This document shows positions 40,385-54,725 of a DNA stretch of 64,000 nucleotides, piece by piece. The position numbers were made by a program, and so were the translations under genes. The stretch comes from Chrysomallon squamiferum (lineage: Eukaryota > Animalia > Mollusca). Where the stretch lies: the NCBI GenBank assembly GCA_012295275.1, contig CM022669.1:62001-126000 (forward strand), given 5' to 3'. Positions within the stretch are counted from its first letter, which is position 1; each line of letters opens with the position of its first letter. The notes under the pieces were generated by a model, which saw nothing but the letters and a program-made list of their open reading frames with translations, was not told the origin of the DNA and did no database searches.

Positions 40385-43109
40385 AAAACACTATTTCCAT
40401 TGTTGTCCTGTAAACATACTGGAATAGCGAATGAAAGGCAATTTGTGATATTAAAATACCGTGGACGTTAATGATGATTTTGAATTGCCAAATAAAGATT
40501 CAGAATTTTCTTTTTTTAAATCTGTTAATTTTTGTTGAAACTGGAAATCACATCAGCCGACCATGAATACATACAAACACTGAAACACAATCACCACTGT
40601 AAATAATGTTCAAGTTCATATTTATTTTAAATTAAAACATTAAAAGCATTGCAATATATAAATAAATAGTTTTGTTTTATTCCTCAACATAATTTAGCAT
40701 TTAAAAAATCATATGCCGATACCATTGCGAGATACTGTGTCGTAGATGATTTTAAACGGTAACTGTAAGGTTAAAAATATTGCAAAGAATACAGACTCGG
40801 ATGATCCCTGCAGATGTATATTGTCACATTTTTCTAATCTTCATTTGTACTGTTTCCTTCCAGGCTTCTTTGCACCTTGTTACTAAATGTTTACGCATGT
40901 TTATCATCAGAAAGAGCAAAAAAAAAAATAATAATAATAATAATAATACCAAGATATCTTTGATATCACTGATGTTTTGGACAAAGTTGTTTTTTCAAAA
41001 TCTATTGTGAAACAGTGATTCATATCAGTCAATTGGCAACATTAACACTGAATATCTCATACAGTTTCAAACCAGCTGTCATGGGGATTGCCCATAGCTG
41101 CAAGTATATCTGTCTCAGGCAGGTTGCTACCCGAGTTAGCTTGGCTCTTAGTTATCATTCGGCATAAATGTTCTCATATGATGAAATATAATGTTGAAAT
41201 AATTATATTAGGTATTTGACAAAAGCATTTACAGTTTTCATTTTGTTTGTTTTGTGGTTGTTATTTTCTAAAGAGTTGTTGTTCTTATTAATAACACTAT
41301 TATTATTTAATTTCTTTTTCTTTTCATTTTTATGTTGCTTATAGTAATGAAATTTGGTAGATTTGTTGTTTATTTCTTTAAAGTAAATAAATAAAATAAT
41401 AATGTTTAATCTAGTTTTAATAATTTTAAAATTTGTTGCTACCCGAGTTATGCGATAGGGGTATCCGATATGGGGTCTGTGTATGCATAGATATAAACAC
41501 CGTAGCACGTTTTTGTACACTAGAACACAACAAACACAAGACACTTTTAAAACTGTATTCGCGCTAGCTAGGAACAGTCAGTTCAGTAGTATAGAATAAT
41601 ACAGATGGATAGAAATATTGTAATATTGTAACAACAGTTACATCAGGGTTAATACAACCAGAAGAGCAAATATTTATATATGTAACTAGTTACCCAGTGC
41701 ATCAAGTGACCATTATTTCCACAGTTTTGAATTTTTATGAATTTTTATGAATTTTTAGTAATTAATTAATTGCACTAATTAGCTCAAATGTACCTTAAGC
41801 CGTAATTAAGTAATTCTCAAAAAAGATTAATGAATTGCACAAGCCTTTACATTTTTCAAGCATTTTGCTAACATTCATTTTTTAATTATTTTTATATTAT
41901 TTTTGTATCATTTATCATTAATTTGCTTTACGAGTTCATTATAACATATAGATGAAATAAATTCACAAAAGTCGAACTTGCTAAGAATTGTCTGCATAAT
42001 CAACATCTTTATCAGAAAGAAAATATTGCCTAAAACAGAAATATTATGCCACATAATTACTAAATCAAACAACACAGACGAAAAATCTAACTTTTCAGAC
42101 ACCGACAGCAACAACAACGACAACAGTCGGGTCATTGGCTGAGAACAACACACATTTTGGTATTCAAAATTAAGAATGTGCTACCCTAAAGATTTGTATG
42201 AAATTTAACAGACCATCAGAGAAAGATATAATTTGTAACTTGTATATAATTTAACGCTCCAGATTACAAAACAAAGATGAAACTGAATATATAAAAGTAA
42301 TGACGAAGCAAAAACGTGACACAAAAGTCGTGCGAGCTTCTGTGAGGGCTTTGTGACAAATACCTACATCACGACATCTTGTGACTTCGGTTAACATCGA
42401 GAGGTGAAGGTTTCGATGAAAGAGTGCGATTTGTTAGAAACACGGCCAGTGCGGAGTATAAAATTTCCAGATATTTCTGTAAATCGAAAGATGATAGCCA
42501 TCAACTAACAACGATTATTTATCCAAATGTCCGACTGAGCTGTTCTCCACTAGAGCTCGGCCTAGGACGTTAGTTTCGCTGAATCTCCTCAGTTGAGAGC
42601 AGACGTTACTTTGACCTACAGAGAGATCATCGATTATTTCCAATACGACGGAATATAACACACGTAACGTCACAATGTGGATTTTTATTTTATTTTATTT
42701 TATTTTATTTTATTATTATTTATTATTAATATTATTATTATTATTTTAGAATTTCTTTATTTCTTCTTTTCCTTCTTCTTTTCCTTCTTATTATTTTGCT
42801 TACTTTCCAGTTAAGCGTAGTTCATTTCGAAGTTTTCTTATTAAATATGACACGTAACCGAAATATGCTGGTATAGTTATTGCTTTTCTTTTGCTACGTT
42901 CTTCAGTTTTTATTCAATTATTATTTATTTGTTTATTTATTTATTTTGATGTCAAGATTATGAATACATAATCTATAACTGCTGTTATTTAATCAACTAT
43001 TAACATTTGATACAATTATTTAGATAGTAAATAAAATTACTTTTCAGTGGGCTGTAACATATATGAATTATAAATAGACAGAAATGTATGAACATCCTCA
43101 GTGTTACCT

Positions 43110-43262
43110 AGTTTCTGTTTCCTTCTACCTTATTTTTACCTCACTCACTAAAAATGTGACAGCCTACGTACCTCGAACAAGTGATAAGTTCTTAGTGTTT
43201 GACTAAATGGCGGTTTACTCTGCAAGTTCACAATGTTTCTTTTTGAAACTTAAGAGTTACAG
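43110..43262 (+). promoter_or_regulatory. Orphan copy of the cGLR promoter/first-exon block, retaining the ISRE
   Basis: AGTTTCTGTTTCCT at 43110, then a near-identical match to 2830-2950. No coding exons follow directly. Confidence 0.5.
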
Positions 43263-44653
43263 GTTTTTTTTTCTAACGTTGTGATAATGCTTTATGTAAA
43301 AATGTTGAAACACATGCACAATCCCCCCAACAAGAAAACAACGAAACGGTAAACTGTTTATTATTTTAAAATAGTTATATTTTACTTGTATTTTTTTCAT
43401 TCTTTCTTTCTTTAACTCTTTCATTCTTTCTTTCTTCTGCTCTTTTTATTTGATATGTTTTTAAATCAGTCCCATTTGGCTATTTCCCACTCCAGCCCGT
43501 GCTCCATGACGTGATAAACAAAGACTGGTTTGTGTTTTCCTGAAACTTCACGTAAAACCTGCCTTCATTTTATCAAAAGCCTCGCACAAGTCGTCAGCGA
43601 GTTTGATCTGTCTTTACTACAGAATGTGTCACCCATATAACATTTAAAATATTTTATGTTCTCCGTTAAAGAAAACATTTCTTCTGTCTATCCTAGTCAG
43701 TACAGAACAACTGGATTATCGAAGAAAATATTTTCCTGTGTGTGGGTAGGTGCAGATATGAAACAACTTCCTACTCTTTCATAGCGGTAGAATACAGCAG
43801 TGATTGTCTGTTTCATATAATGGTAATACAAAAGCATTATATGTAATCATGTTAATATTAAAATCTATTCTCAGTCATTAAATACTAATTATTAAGACAT
43901 ATCTTATTACAGAAATGTAAATCTAGGTTTGGACGCAAAGACTACAAAATCTTTGAATAATTACAACTTTCAAGATCATCTTTTGGCAGTTTTATATTAC
44001 TAGAGTTAAGTGTTTCCCATATCCAAATATTTCAACATTTGTTTGCTTGAATTATGGACTATACTCGAGAAGAAAGGAAAAATATAGGAAATATTCATTA
44101 ATTATTATATAAACATTTCTTTTAAAAAATCATTGAAGATAAACTAGTGTATTATTATAGAGCAACAGCTTAATAATAATAAACAACAATATCAAGTTCA
44201 TATCATACAAGGTCTGTGTTATGTGAAATATTTCAGAAAATCAGTTCATTCACTTTTTTTTAATTTTATTTTAGAAGAATTAAAACGAATGCAATTTTTT
44301 ATTCTGGTCCGCGTGCTGGGCTAAATTCACTTGTTTAGATACGAGTCGTTGTTATCAAATGTTTTCTTATGTGCTTGTTTTTCTATGAGGTGAAACATTA
44401 TTTTTTCTTGCTGGTATTCTGTAAAATGAGCCTATTGTCAAAAGACACGCATGAATGATTTTTAATGATCCTCAGTACAATAATATCAGGTCATGTTAAC
44501 CATTTATACACTTACTTTAAAGGCAACACGTATCGTAGTACAAATCTTTTATCTGTCTTACTTGATGTTTTTCTCTCGGCTTCTCTCTCCAGCTTTTTAA
44601 ACCAAAAATATTCAACAAAAATTATTTTATTTAAATTTATTTATTTATTTATT

Positions 44654-44696
<43 letters not shown>

Positions 44697-44700
44697 TTTT

Positions 44701-44815
<115 letters not shown>

Positions 44816-45092
44816 TGTTTTAATTACTGCTATCAACGACTTAATTTGGAAGAAGAAATTCGGCTAAAGTGGATTTTATCTGTTAACCATTAGAAGATCA
44901 TGTTTAATACGTAATAAATGCTAGGTAGTTTTTTCACATGATTGATTTTGTTGTTATTTTCTACTCAAATCTCTTTTTCTTTTTTTTTTCTTTTTTTTTT
45001 ATATTTGAAGTTACTTTTTATAATAATAATATTAATAATAATTTCTATAAATAAGGAGGTTTTGAAACTTGTCCAGGTTATAATAATGAAAA

Positions 45093-45128
<36 letters not shown>

Positions 45129-46306
45129 TGTATAATGTAAACAAACTTTTTCAGATTTAGTTTCTTTTTTCTTTTGTATCGAAAATAATTGTTTTTAGAA
45201 TGTTGATGGTTTTCCTAGCCCGCCACGATATATACGATATATTAACGCTTTGTTAAAAATTAACGCTTATTTTAAATATTATCCTAACGCTCATACAAAT
45301 GTTCACTATTTATTTTTTTCAAATAAAGGTTATTTTACATTTTATGTGAACACTGACTGCTCATTTTTGGGAATCAAAGTATTTTTAATTTTATCCTTAG
45401 ACTCAATGTTAAGTTTCTTAAGTAGAAGCTAGTTATTTTTATCCTAACAATCACCATTAACTTTCCCAAGAAAAATACAACGTATTTAAAATATTACACT
45501 ACATGCATCAAACATTTTTTACCAAATTATTATTTTTTTAAACAATAGCAATTTCAGGTTTATTCGAACACTAAATCTAATCCTAACCCAAACATTACGC
45601 TCAAACATAACCGTAATGCTATCCTTAAATCTAACCGAACTTTTCAGACACCGACAGCAACAACAACCACAACAGCCGCGTCGTTGGCTGAGAACAGCAG
45701 ACATTTTGTATCTAAATTAAGAACCTACTACCCTATATATTTGTATGAAATTTAGCAGAATATGACAGAAGTGTATAATTTGTTACTTGTATACGATTTA
45801 AAGATCCGCATAAGCTTATGGACGATTATTTGTCTGTAGAATATCTGTTTTTTTATCAATAATCTCATCATAAAAAAAAAAAAAAAAACGAGCACAAAGA
45901 TAAAACTGAATATAGAAAAATAATGCGTAAGCAAAAACGTGTATTTCTGTAAATCGAGAGATGCTTGTCATCGAGTGAGAGAGGATTTTCATCCAAACGT
46001 CAGTCTGTGGTGTTCTCCGTCACGGCTCGGTTTAGCCAAAATATGCTCGTATGCTTATTCCTTTCCTTTTTCTACGTTCTTTACTTTGTTATTTATTTTT
46101 TTTTTTTTTTTTTAGAGTATGTGGACGAATCGTCATGACACTTACGTGAACACAGTGAATACATAATTTATAACTGTGCTGTCATTTAATCAACTGTTCA
46201 CATTCGATACAATGATTTAGTTAGGAAATAAAATTATTGTACGATCACTGCAATGTATACGAATTAGAAATCGATAGAAATGTATGTCATCAGTCTTATT
46301 TTTACC

Positions 46307-46427
46307 TCACTCACTAAAAATGTGACAGCCTACGTACCTCGAACAAGTGATAAGTTCTTAGTGTTTGACTAAATGGCGGTTTACTCTGCAAGTTCACAAT
46401 GTTTCTATTTGAAACGTACAATTACAG
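46307..46427 (+). promoter_or_regulatory. Putative core promoter and non-coding first exon of cGLR copy 3
   Basis: Duplicate of 2830-2950. Confidence 0.45.
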
Positions 46428-47076
46428 GTTATTTTATTTTTCTAATGCAGTCATAATGTCTTTAGAATGAAATCTCCTTTGATAATATTAAATGATAATA
46501 TTAAAAACCTTATATGTAATCATGCTAGTATTAAAATCTATTCTCACTCATTATATATTTATTAAGTTATATCTTATCACAGAAATATATTTCTGGGTTT
46601 GGAGGCAAAGACTACAACAACTTTGACTATTACGACTTTCACGTTGCTGGAAATCATCTTTTGACAGTTTTATATTACTAAAGGCAAGTGTTTCCTATAT
46701 CCAAATACTACAGCATTTTTACTGCTTGAATTATTGAGTATACACGAGAACAAAACATTTGTAACACACATTGATTAATATTTATTCATTCATAATTATT
46801 ATATAGACTTTTTTTGAGAAATCATTCTAAACAGATTACTGTATTGCATTACAACAATAGCAGCAGCAACGACGACACGAACAATAAGAAAAGTAAACAA
46901 AGAACAAGAAGTTTTTCAATCCATTCACATATTAGCTGCTATTTATTTAGTGTTAGTAGTATTTATTTTTTTTTTTAAATCATGTTCTGTTTCTTTCCTT
47001 TTTCCTTTTTCTAATTAAATTAATTTTAATTTTTACATCGTACACAATCTGGACTTGTGCTTAGCATAAGTTTTTA

Positions 47077-47132
<56 letters not shown>

Positions 47133-47432
47133 TAATGATAGTAGTAGTAGTAGTAGTTGTAGTAGTTGTAGTAATAATGCCATGAAATGGTTATTTTTAC
47201 AAATGTAGGATGATATACCTCTATTAAATAAAATATGAAGTCATCGAAATTACGCGAAAACTGGTGACACATTTTCCCGGAATTTCACAATGATTCACGC
47301 CCACTTATCTTTTTTATGTAATGGATTACGAATAGGAAACATGAATGGAACTTAAATAGCAGTGTAATATCCTGGTTTCATAATTTCAAAACAAAAAAAC
47401 AATCAACGAAGAAAATTGTTAGGCATTTGCAA

Positions 47433-47479
<47 letters not shown>

Positions 47480-48539
47480 ATTAATTAATTAATTAATTAA
47501 TTAATAAAATAAAATAAAATAAAATAAAATAAAATAAAATAAATAAATAAATAAATAAATAAAATTAAAGAAAGAAACAAATTAAGAAATAAAAACAAAC
47601 AAACAAACAAATGAATGAATGAATAAATAAAGAAATAAATAATGAAATAAAAGAGAAAGCATTTACTATTATGCTTATCCCACATCGCGTTTGGACATCA
47701 AATGTTTTTTATGAGTCATGTTTCGAAAATAAACACTTCTCGTGTTACTGCTTATTGCTTGTAAATTACACTTTCCTGTTAAACGGCTTAAAAGATAAAA
47801 AGATTTTAAGTAATTATAAGTATTCAGTTAATCTACATTTCCCCTGAAACACCCATTATCAGAAAATACGGAAGAAAAAATCAATCTGAAAAAATTCCTT
47901 TTACTTTTGAAAAACAAACTATTTTGGTAATCGCAAATCATTGTAAATTGCACTCATAATTTTTATTTTTATTTATTAATAATTCTTTTTTGATTTTTAC
48001 ATTGCCGTCTTAAAAAATTTATATTCATGTACATGTAGTCGCTTTTTATATTTTGTTAAATTTAAAAGAAAAACTAAAGAAAAACATACAGATTTCGCAA
48101 TATGTATTCGCGCTAAAAAAAAATTAAAAATATTATTTGGAACCTTACCGCTTGTAGATTGCAGTCAATACAAAAAGATGAAAATGTTATATATTCCAGT
48201 AAAATAATTATTTTCAAAAAATGTGGCCTTAAATATTTTGTTAATGTCGATTATTTTTATAGTGTTCAGGAATGTTGTTTTTTTTAATTATTATAACCTG
48301 GACGAGTTTCAGAACCTTTACATTTATAGATAATATTTTATTAAAGAGTTTTATTTTGAAAACAAATTTCAGGTATCTGATTTTATCAAGTCAAAGTTGA
48401 TTGTGGGGAAAAAAAAGGTCACCATCCAAATCTGTATATGTACGACGTTTCACCATCTCTTCAGCCAGTCACGGATCTGAAAATACCAAACATTTGATAA
48501 AAAAATATAGCCAACAAAACTCCCCCTAAAAACAAAAAC

Positions 48540-51500
48540 ATGGAACAAAGTACAGGTTCTATGGAGTGTGAGAAAGAATCTGAAACACCAGAAGGAAATC
48601 GTACAACTACTGGTGATGAAACAGCTACTTCTTCATCTGGTGCAGGATCTGAAACAAATACTGAAGAAACACCAAAGTCTTCTAAACATTGTAAGAAAGA
48701 ACCTGAAACACCAGAAGTAAATCCTGCAGCTCCTGGTGATGAAACACCTTCTTCTTCATCTGGTGCAAGACCTAAAACAACAGTCGACTCTAACAAAAAT
48801 AAAATACAGGAAGAACGGATTTTCATGAGTTTGATTTGTTTATTGAGAAAAATTCAGTCTACAATCAGTATCCAGAGGAGAAATAAATAAGTTTTTGAGG
48901 ATGAAGTTTCTCTTAGACAAGAAAAAAGAAAACAAAAGCTTCATCTGAATTTAATGGTTTTAAGAATCGAATTTAAAATAAACTAAAGGAAAATGAGACA
49001 TTAATTGGGAATATTTTAACGACGGTTCATTCTACGATGGAACAAAGGTTAGTACGGCAGTTGTTTCATAACTTGTAACAGTCGAACAGTTTGTGAACCA
49101 TTAAACTACACTTCTAATTGTTTAAATTTTACATAAAAGCATATTTAAAATAGACGTAACATTATTTTTATTTATTTTTCTTTATTTTTCTTTCTCTTCT
49201 TCTTTTTTATTTACCTTCTTCTTCTTGTTAATACTAATATTGTTGTTGTTTTTATTCTTTATTTCCTTTTGTCTCTATTTCTTGTTTCTCAAGAAAATTC
49301 ATTTTCTTTTTTCAAAGAAAAAGGAAATTCGCAATATCTGTTTTAAAGTCCTGCTTCCACGCAATCTTTCCTGTATAAATGTTCATTACATATTATTTTA
49401 TTTATTTTGCAGGTCAAGTCTGCTGATGAAAGCGACTGTTTGTTAATCCTCGACATAGAAATCACTGAGGTAGAATATTCAGATAAGGATTATGGCTACT
49501 GTTCCATCACCCCTGACAAAGACAAGCTGCCTAAAGGTGTAGACCTTTTAGACGGAAAGTATTTGAGTGCAGCGAAATTTCGGGAATATGTTTTTCAGCA
49601 TTTCGAGAATATAATGGATCTGCCAGAGTTTACAAAGTGGAAACGTAAGCAGTTTCACCTAAAAGTTATTGCTTCATCTGTCTGTTTGTCTGTCTGATCG
49701 TCTTTCTTTATGCCTTCCTGATGTCTGAATTCATATTTTTATGTACATAAAACTAAATACAATCATATATACAAGATAACATTTATTTTATTTTTCGAAG
49801 TAGGAACGTAAGCTGTTTAATCTAGAAGTTATTGTTTCATCTGTCTGTCTGGATGTGTATTTGTCGTCCTGTTTTTTTTATGTATTATAGATTTATTTTA
49901 TTTTTCTAGGAACGTAAGCTGTTTAATCTAGAAGTTATTGTTTCATCTGTCTGTCTGGATGTGTATTTGTCGTCCTGTTTTGTATTATAGATTTATTGCT
50001 TGTCTGATCTATTAGTTTGTGTTGTATACGATAACATTAGAAATCTTATTATTAGTTATGCGTTAGGCCAGTGCGACATTCACGAGTGCAAGAAATCGTG
50101 ACGTTGAGGAAATTATGCTAATTAAAACAAATAACTCTTTCAAAATTCTCCTATCAACTAATATGAACTGAAACATTAAAACATAATCTGCTGATGACTG
50201 AAATTGATACGAATTTAGGTCACTGGAATGCAACCATTAATTTTGTGTAGATGTATCTCTACAGCTGAACCTTTGCTGTCACGTATCAGTTAAAAGTAAC
50301 AGACAGTTTGACATCAGACAGTGCTGTTTGACAATTATTCAACTGACTGAGGATTGGGAAACTATTTCAAATGCAACAAATTTCTACTAATATTTACCTC
50401 ATTGTTTTAACTGTAATCACAAGCTTACACTTAAAAGAAAGCAGGATTTGAAGGAATCATAATCCTTTAGTTTTATTTTATTTATTTACCGTTATTGTTT
50501 TAATTATATTTATAGCTGTTGTCATTTCTTCTTCTTCTAATTGTCTTTGGCTGAATGTGCATCACTTTTGTTTTTTGTTTTTGTTAAGAATATTATTCAT
50601 GGTTGTTTTAATTTCCTTATTTCCTTTTTTGTTTTTCTTTTCTTTATACCTTTTTCTTTTCTATTAATATCTTCAATACAGGAATACCTAACTATGATGG
50701 ATCCCCAACTTTCACCGTGAGAAATGAAACGGATCATATAAGTATGGATATTGTGCCTGCTATAGCAGTACCAAAATGGCCGGATCATTTAAACATTTTG
50801 AGCTGTCTAGAGAAAGAAGAATCTAACAAGATAAAAGAGAAAGGCTTCCATGTTGATACCAAAAATAAGAAAAGTAATTAAATATATATTGTAATTGTAT
50901 AACCTGATTAAGTGTATCTTTCACCCAAAAACCTTTTTAATTTTGATATTGTTTCGATATTACTCTGTTTTGCTCTTTTTATTTACAACTTTCGGATACG
51001 TAGGAATTTCAGTTCGTGATATCACAAAATGAGGATCAATGAGTAATGCGTCATTTTCAGTTTTGAGCATTGTTTCTCATTTTAAGTCTTGTATCGTCAC
51101 AGACTTAAGATGACGTATTCTCAAAAAGAAAGTCATTTATTAACATGAACATGTTTTCAAATAATAATAATAATACAGACAGCTGATATTTAGCTATATA
51201 CGAATTGCCTAAATATGAATAATATACATGCCCACAGACAGTCCAAAAAAGAAGCAAAAAACAAGAAACAGAAAAAAAGAAGCAAGAAATGTTTTATTTT
51301 ATGAAAACTCAACACATTTTATTTACGGTTATATGGTGTCGGATAGGTGGTTAAGGACCACACTTCTATGAGAGAGGAAACCCGCTGTTGCCACTTCATG
51401 GGCAACTATTTTTGATTAGCAGTACCATCCCATAGACAGGGTAGTATATACTAGTCATGCTGCACTGGTTGGAAGACGAAATGGCCCAGTGGACCACAGA

Positions 51501-51543
51501 GAGTGTGTGTGTATGTGTGTTTGTCTGTGTGTGTGTGTGTGTG

Positions 51544-51574
<31 letters not shown>

Positions 51575-51597
51575 GTTTGTCTGTGTGTGTGTGTGTG

Positions 51598-51637
<40 letters not shown>

Positions 51638-52248
51638 TGTGTGGTGAATTCAAACTAAACATGTGGGTGATATATTGTAAATTTCAACTATTACAAATAC
51701 TCTTCATAATGTAGCTTTAAGACACGTGTCATTTGTTATAGTCTGGTTTTCTACCTCTTTTTTTTCCTTGCACTAAAATAGACCAAGCTGCAATATCAGT
51801 TTAATACCAAAATATACTCCCCCAGTTTTACAGGAGCAGTTAGACTCTGACAGCTGTTTCGTCTCCAAGCAAACTTGAATATGCAGTTTTTGTGCCGAGA
51901 CGTTTACTTTGTTGATTTTCGTCGGAACGTTTTACATCGCGGATGGAGCCTTGCGTAAAATAATTTAAATCTTTCTGTCGTGCTATTCTGAAAGCTCTCA
52001 GCAAGATATTAAACCGAGACATCATCGGAAAAACGTTTCCGATCAGCAACGCCGTCTGCTACGGATTCCGCCATTTTGGATGTTAGCTTTTGTGGGACGC
52101 AGTAACTAAGGGGAGGGGGGCGTGGCTTACGGAGTAATTGTAGAAACATGAATTAGATAATAGATTCGAGCATCCAAATAAATAAAATTATATTACATTC
52201 CTAGTTTTTTCTGTCAACAAATATTTTGAAAATTATCACAGGACAACA

Positions 52249-52288
<40 letters not shown>

Positions 52289-52995
52289 AATAATAATAAT
52301 AATAATAGTAATAATAAATAAATAAATAAATAAATAAATATTATAAAATTGTAACTAGAGAAGATAATACAGTTTCCTGGGATTTTACATTTATTATTTA
52401 TTTATTCATTTTATGCTGCTGAATTTAGTTTTCAGTTTCAATGTGATTTCCATTTTCAGATGGCCGCTTGTGGAGGATGACGTTTTGTCAGGCTGAGAAA
52501 ATATTAACCATAGATGCAGATGAAAAACAAGCTGGTGACGAAAGTGAAACCTGTAGGAAACAGGTAATGTGTATCATGAAAAGAATCCTGGAAATCACAA
52601 AAACAAATTCATCAGACAAAGTCCCAAGCAATATTATGATCGTGAAGATATTACAAAGTGCGGCTGACTATATTCGAAAAGAGCATAAAGAATTTGGAGT
52701 CGACTTCGAAGTGAAAGGGTTTTCAACCTATCATTTGCGTACGTTGATGTGGACGTTGTTTTATAAAAAACACCCTGATCGTTCTGACTGGAAGGCTGAG
52801 TCACTGGTAGACTGTGTGCGCAAGACACTGACCCAGCTTAAGAAGTGGATGGCAGGCGAAGTGGAAATAAACAATTTCTTCCGGTCTGAAGATGAACTGA
52901 TTAAGTATGTATCCAGAAGAGAAAAACAGTTTATCTATCTCATCGCTTGTATTGCATTAAAACTGTTTTTTGACCTTGACCCTGAAGAAAAATAA
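48540..52995 (+). pseudogene. cGLR: cGLR copy 3; exon 1 frameshifted in the assembly, possibly by sequencing error; exons 48540-49047, 49413-49644, 50682-50873, 52460-52995
   Basis: Exons 2-4 are open with canonical splice sites and a full acidic triad (ADESD ... SMD). Exon 1 is 508 nt versus 504 nt in copy 1, with several indels, mostly in homopolymer runs, at about 48780-49000. Confidence 0.72.
51287..51497 (-). mobile_element. Same SINE remnant in copy 3 intron 3
   Basis: Near-identical to 7863-8073. Confidence 0.7.
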
Positions 52996-54186
52996 AAGGA
53001 ACTTTGTTGATGTTTGATTCTTGACTGATATGACTGTTTATTACTACTACTACTACTACTACTACTATAACAATTACTATTTGTTGTTGCTTTGCCTTTT
53101 TTTTTGTTTTCTAGCCAGCCTCATGATCAGTCTTTTGCTGCGAGGCTGTTATATCAAAACAGCGCAGATATAACATATACCTTATAGATGTTGGGTAAGT
53201 GCAACATTAATGTGGCAAATGATTCTCCTAATACCATTATAAAATCTCGTAATAGTTTTAACAACCATTAACACAAAAAATATATTAGTCCGTCATTAAA
53301 TAATGTCCATTCGTGTACATATTTGTTACAAATATTTTAAGTTTAAAACTATTTAATTTGGGTTTGGTTTGTAACACTATATGTAATTATTGATGAAATA
53401 AAGAGCTTGTTTGCTATTTTACACTAAGCACGGAATCCAGTTCATATCATACAAAGTTTGTGTTACTAACAGTCTGCCATGTGAAACATTTCAGACAATT
53501 AATTCATTCACTAACTGTTTTTATATTTTAAAATAATTCAAACGAATGCGATCTTTTTGTTTTGCAGTGCATGCTGGGATTAATTCACTTGTTTAGATAC
53601 GAGTCGTTGTTATCAAATGTTTTCTTATCTGCTTGTTTTTCTTTGAAGTGAAAAATATGTGTTTTTTCCTGGTATTTTGTAAGACGAGCCTAGCGTCACA
53701 AGACACGCATGAATGATATTTAGTGATCCTCAGTACAGTATTATCAGATCATGTTAACCATTTATACACTTACTTTAAAGGAAATATTTGCCTATCGCGA
53801 AACAAACCTTTTATCTGTCTTACTTGATTTGTTTTTCTCTCCTCTACCTGTTTATATATTCCCTTTTCTTTAATATTTATTTACATATATTTAGTTTTTG
53901 TCTGAAGAGAAATTATTGTTACCCGTAACTGAGTTTGGAATTAATTTTTCAGCTACAAAAACGATTTTGGGACAGTTACTAGTTAGAGTTATCTTTTCAT
54001 GTTACTGAACAAATTATTTCTGTGCAAACATCTGTTAACAGTCACTAGGAGACGAGTTTAATACGTAATAAACGATAACGGTTTACGTCTTTGTTTGTTT
54101 TTTATTTTGTCGTTATTCTACTCTAATCTTACTTTTATAATTATTTTACAGCGCAAGGTGTATTTAAAATACTACTACTTCTACTG

Positions 54187-54219
<33 letters not shown>

Positions 54220-54690
54220 ATAATAATAATAATAATAAATTAAAAAATTAAAAAGAACAAAAACACACAGAGAAAAAGAACAAACAAGCTGACATTCGCG
54301 TACAAGAAAATATAGTAAAAACTAAATGATGAAGTATTAGAAATTAAAATAAACTAAATTTTTGTTTATTTTGAAGAGGATTTTCACAAAAACTGGAAAA
54401 TGTTGACTCCGATTTTCTGTTTGCGCTGCTGTTCTCCCAAAACAAAACAAAAAAATCTTCTCAACGTAAAAATATCACTACATTCATTTTCCATTGTCTT
54501 TATTACATTTTAAACAACAAAATATACGGAAAAAATTAATAATAATAGTAACTTTATTTGAATTTTATAAGCTTACTGATAGCCAATTTCACATAATGAA
54601 CTTCCTAAATGTATGACTTCGAATATATCTATCTATCTATATCTATCTGTTTCTATATATATAATTCTAAAAAGTTAAAATAAAGAATAA

Positions 54691-54725
<35 letters not shown>

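Larger units (their letters stand above)
21990..41434 (+). repeat. Tandem array of about 2.5-kb units (about 7 copies; the first unit is longer and more divergent)
   Basis: The anchor GCCATAATGCTTACTTCG has its ATG at 24608, 27122, 29617, 32126, 34797, 37316 and 39819 (periods 2514, 2495, 2509, 2671, 2519, 2503). Confidence 0.97.

Noticed and set aside
24600-41434. CRISPR-like or autonomous-transposon reading of the array
   Set aside because: Units are 2.5 kb with no short repeat-spacer pattern, no TIR/LTR, and no transposase or RT ORF; the context is eukaryotic.
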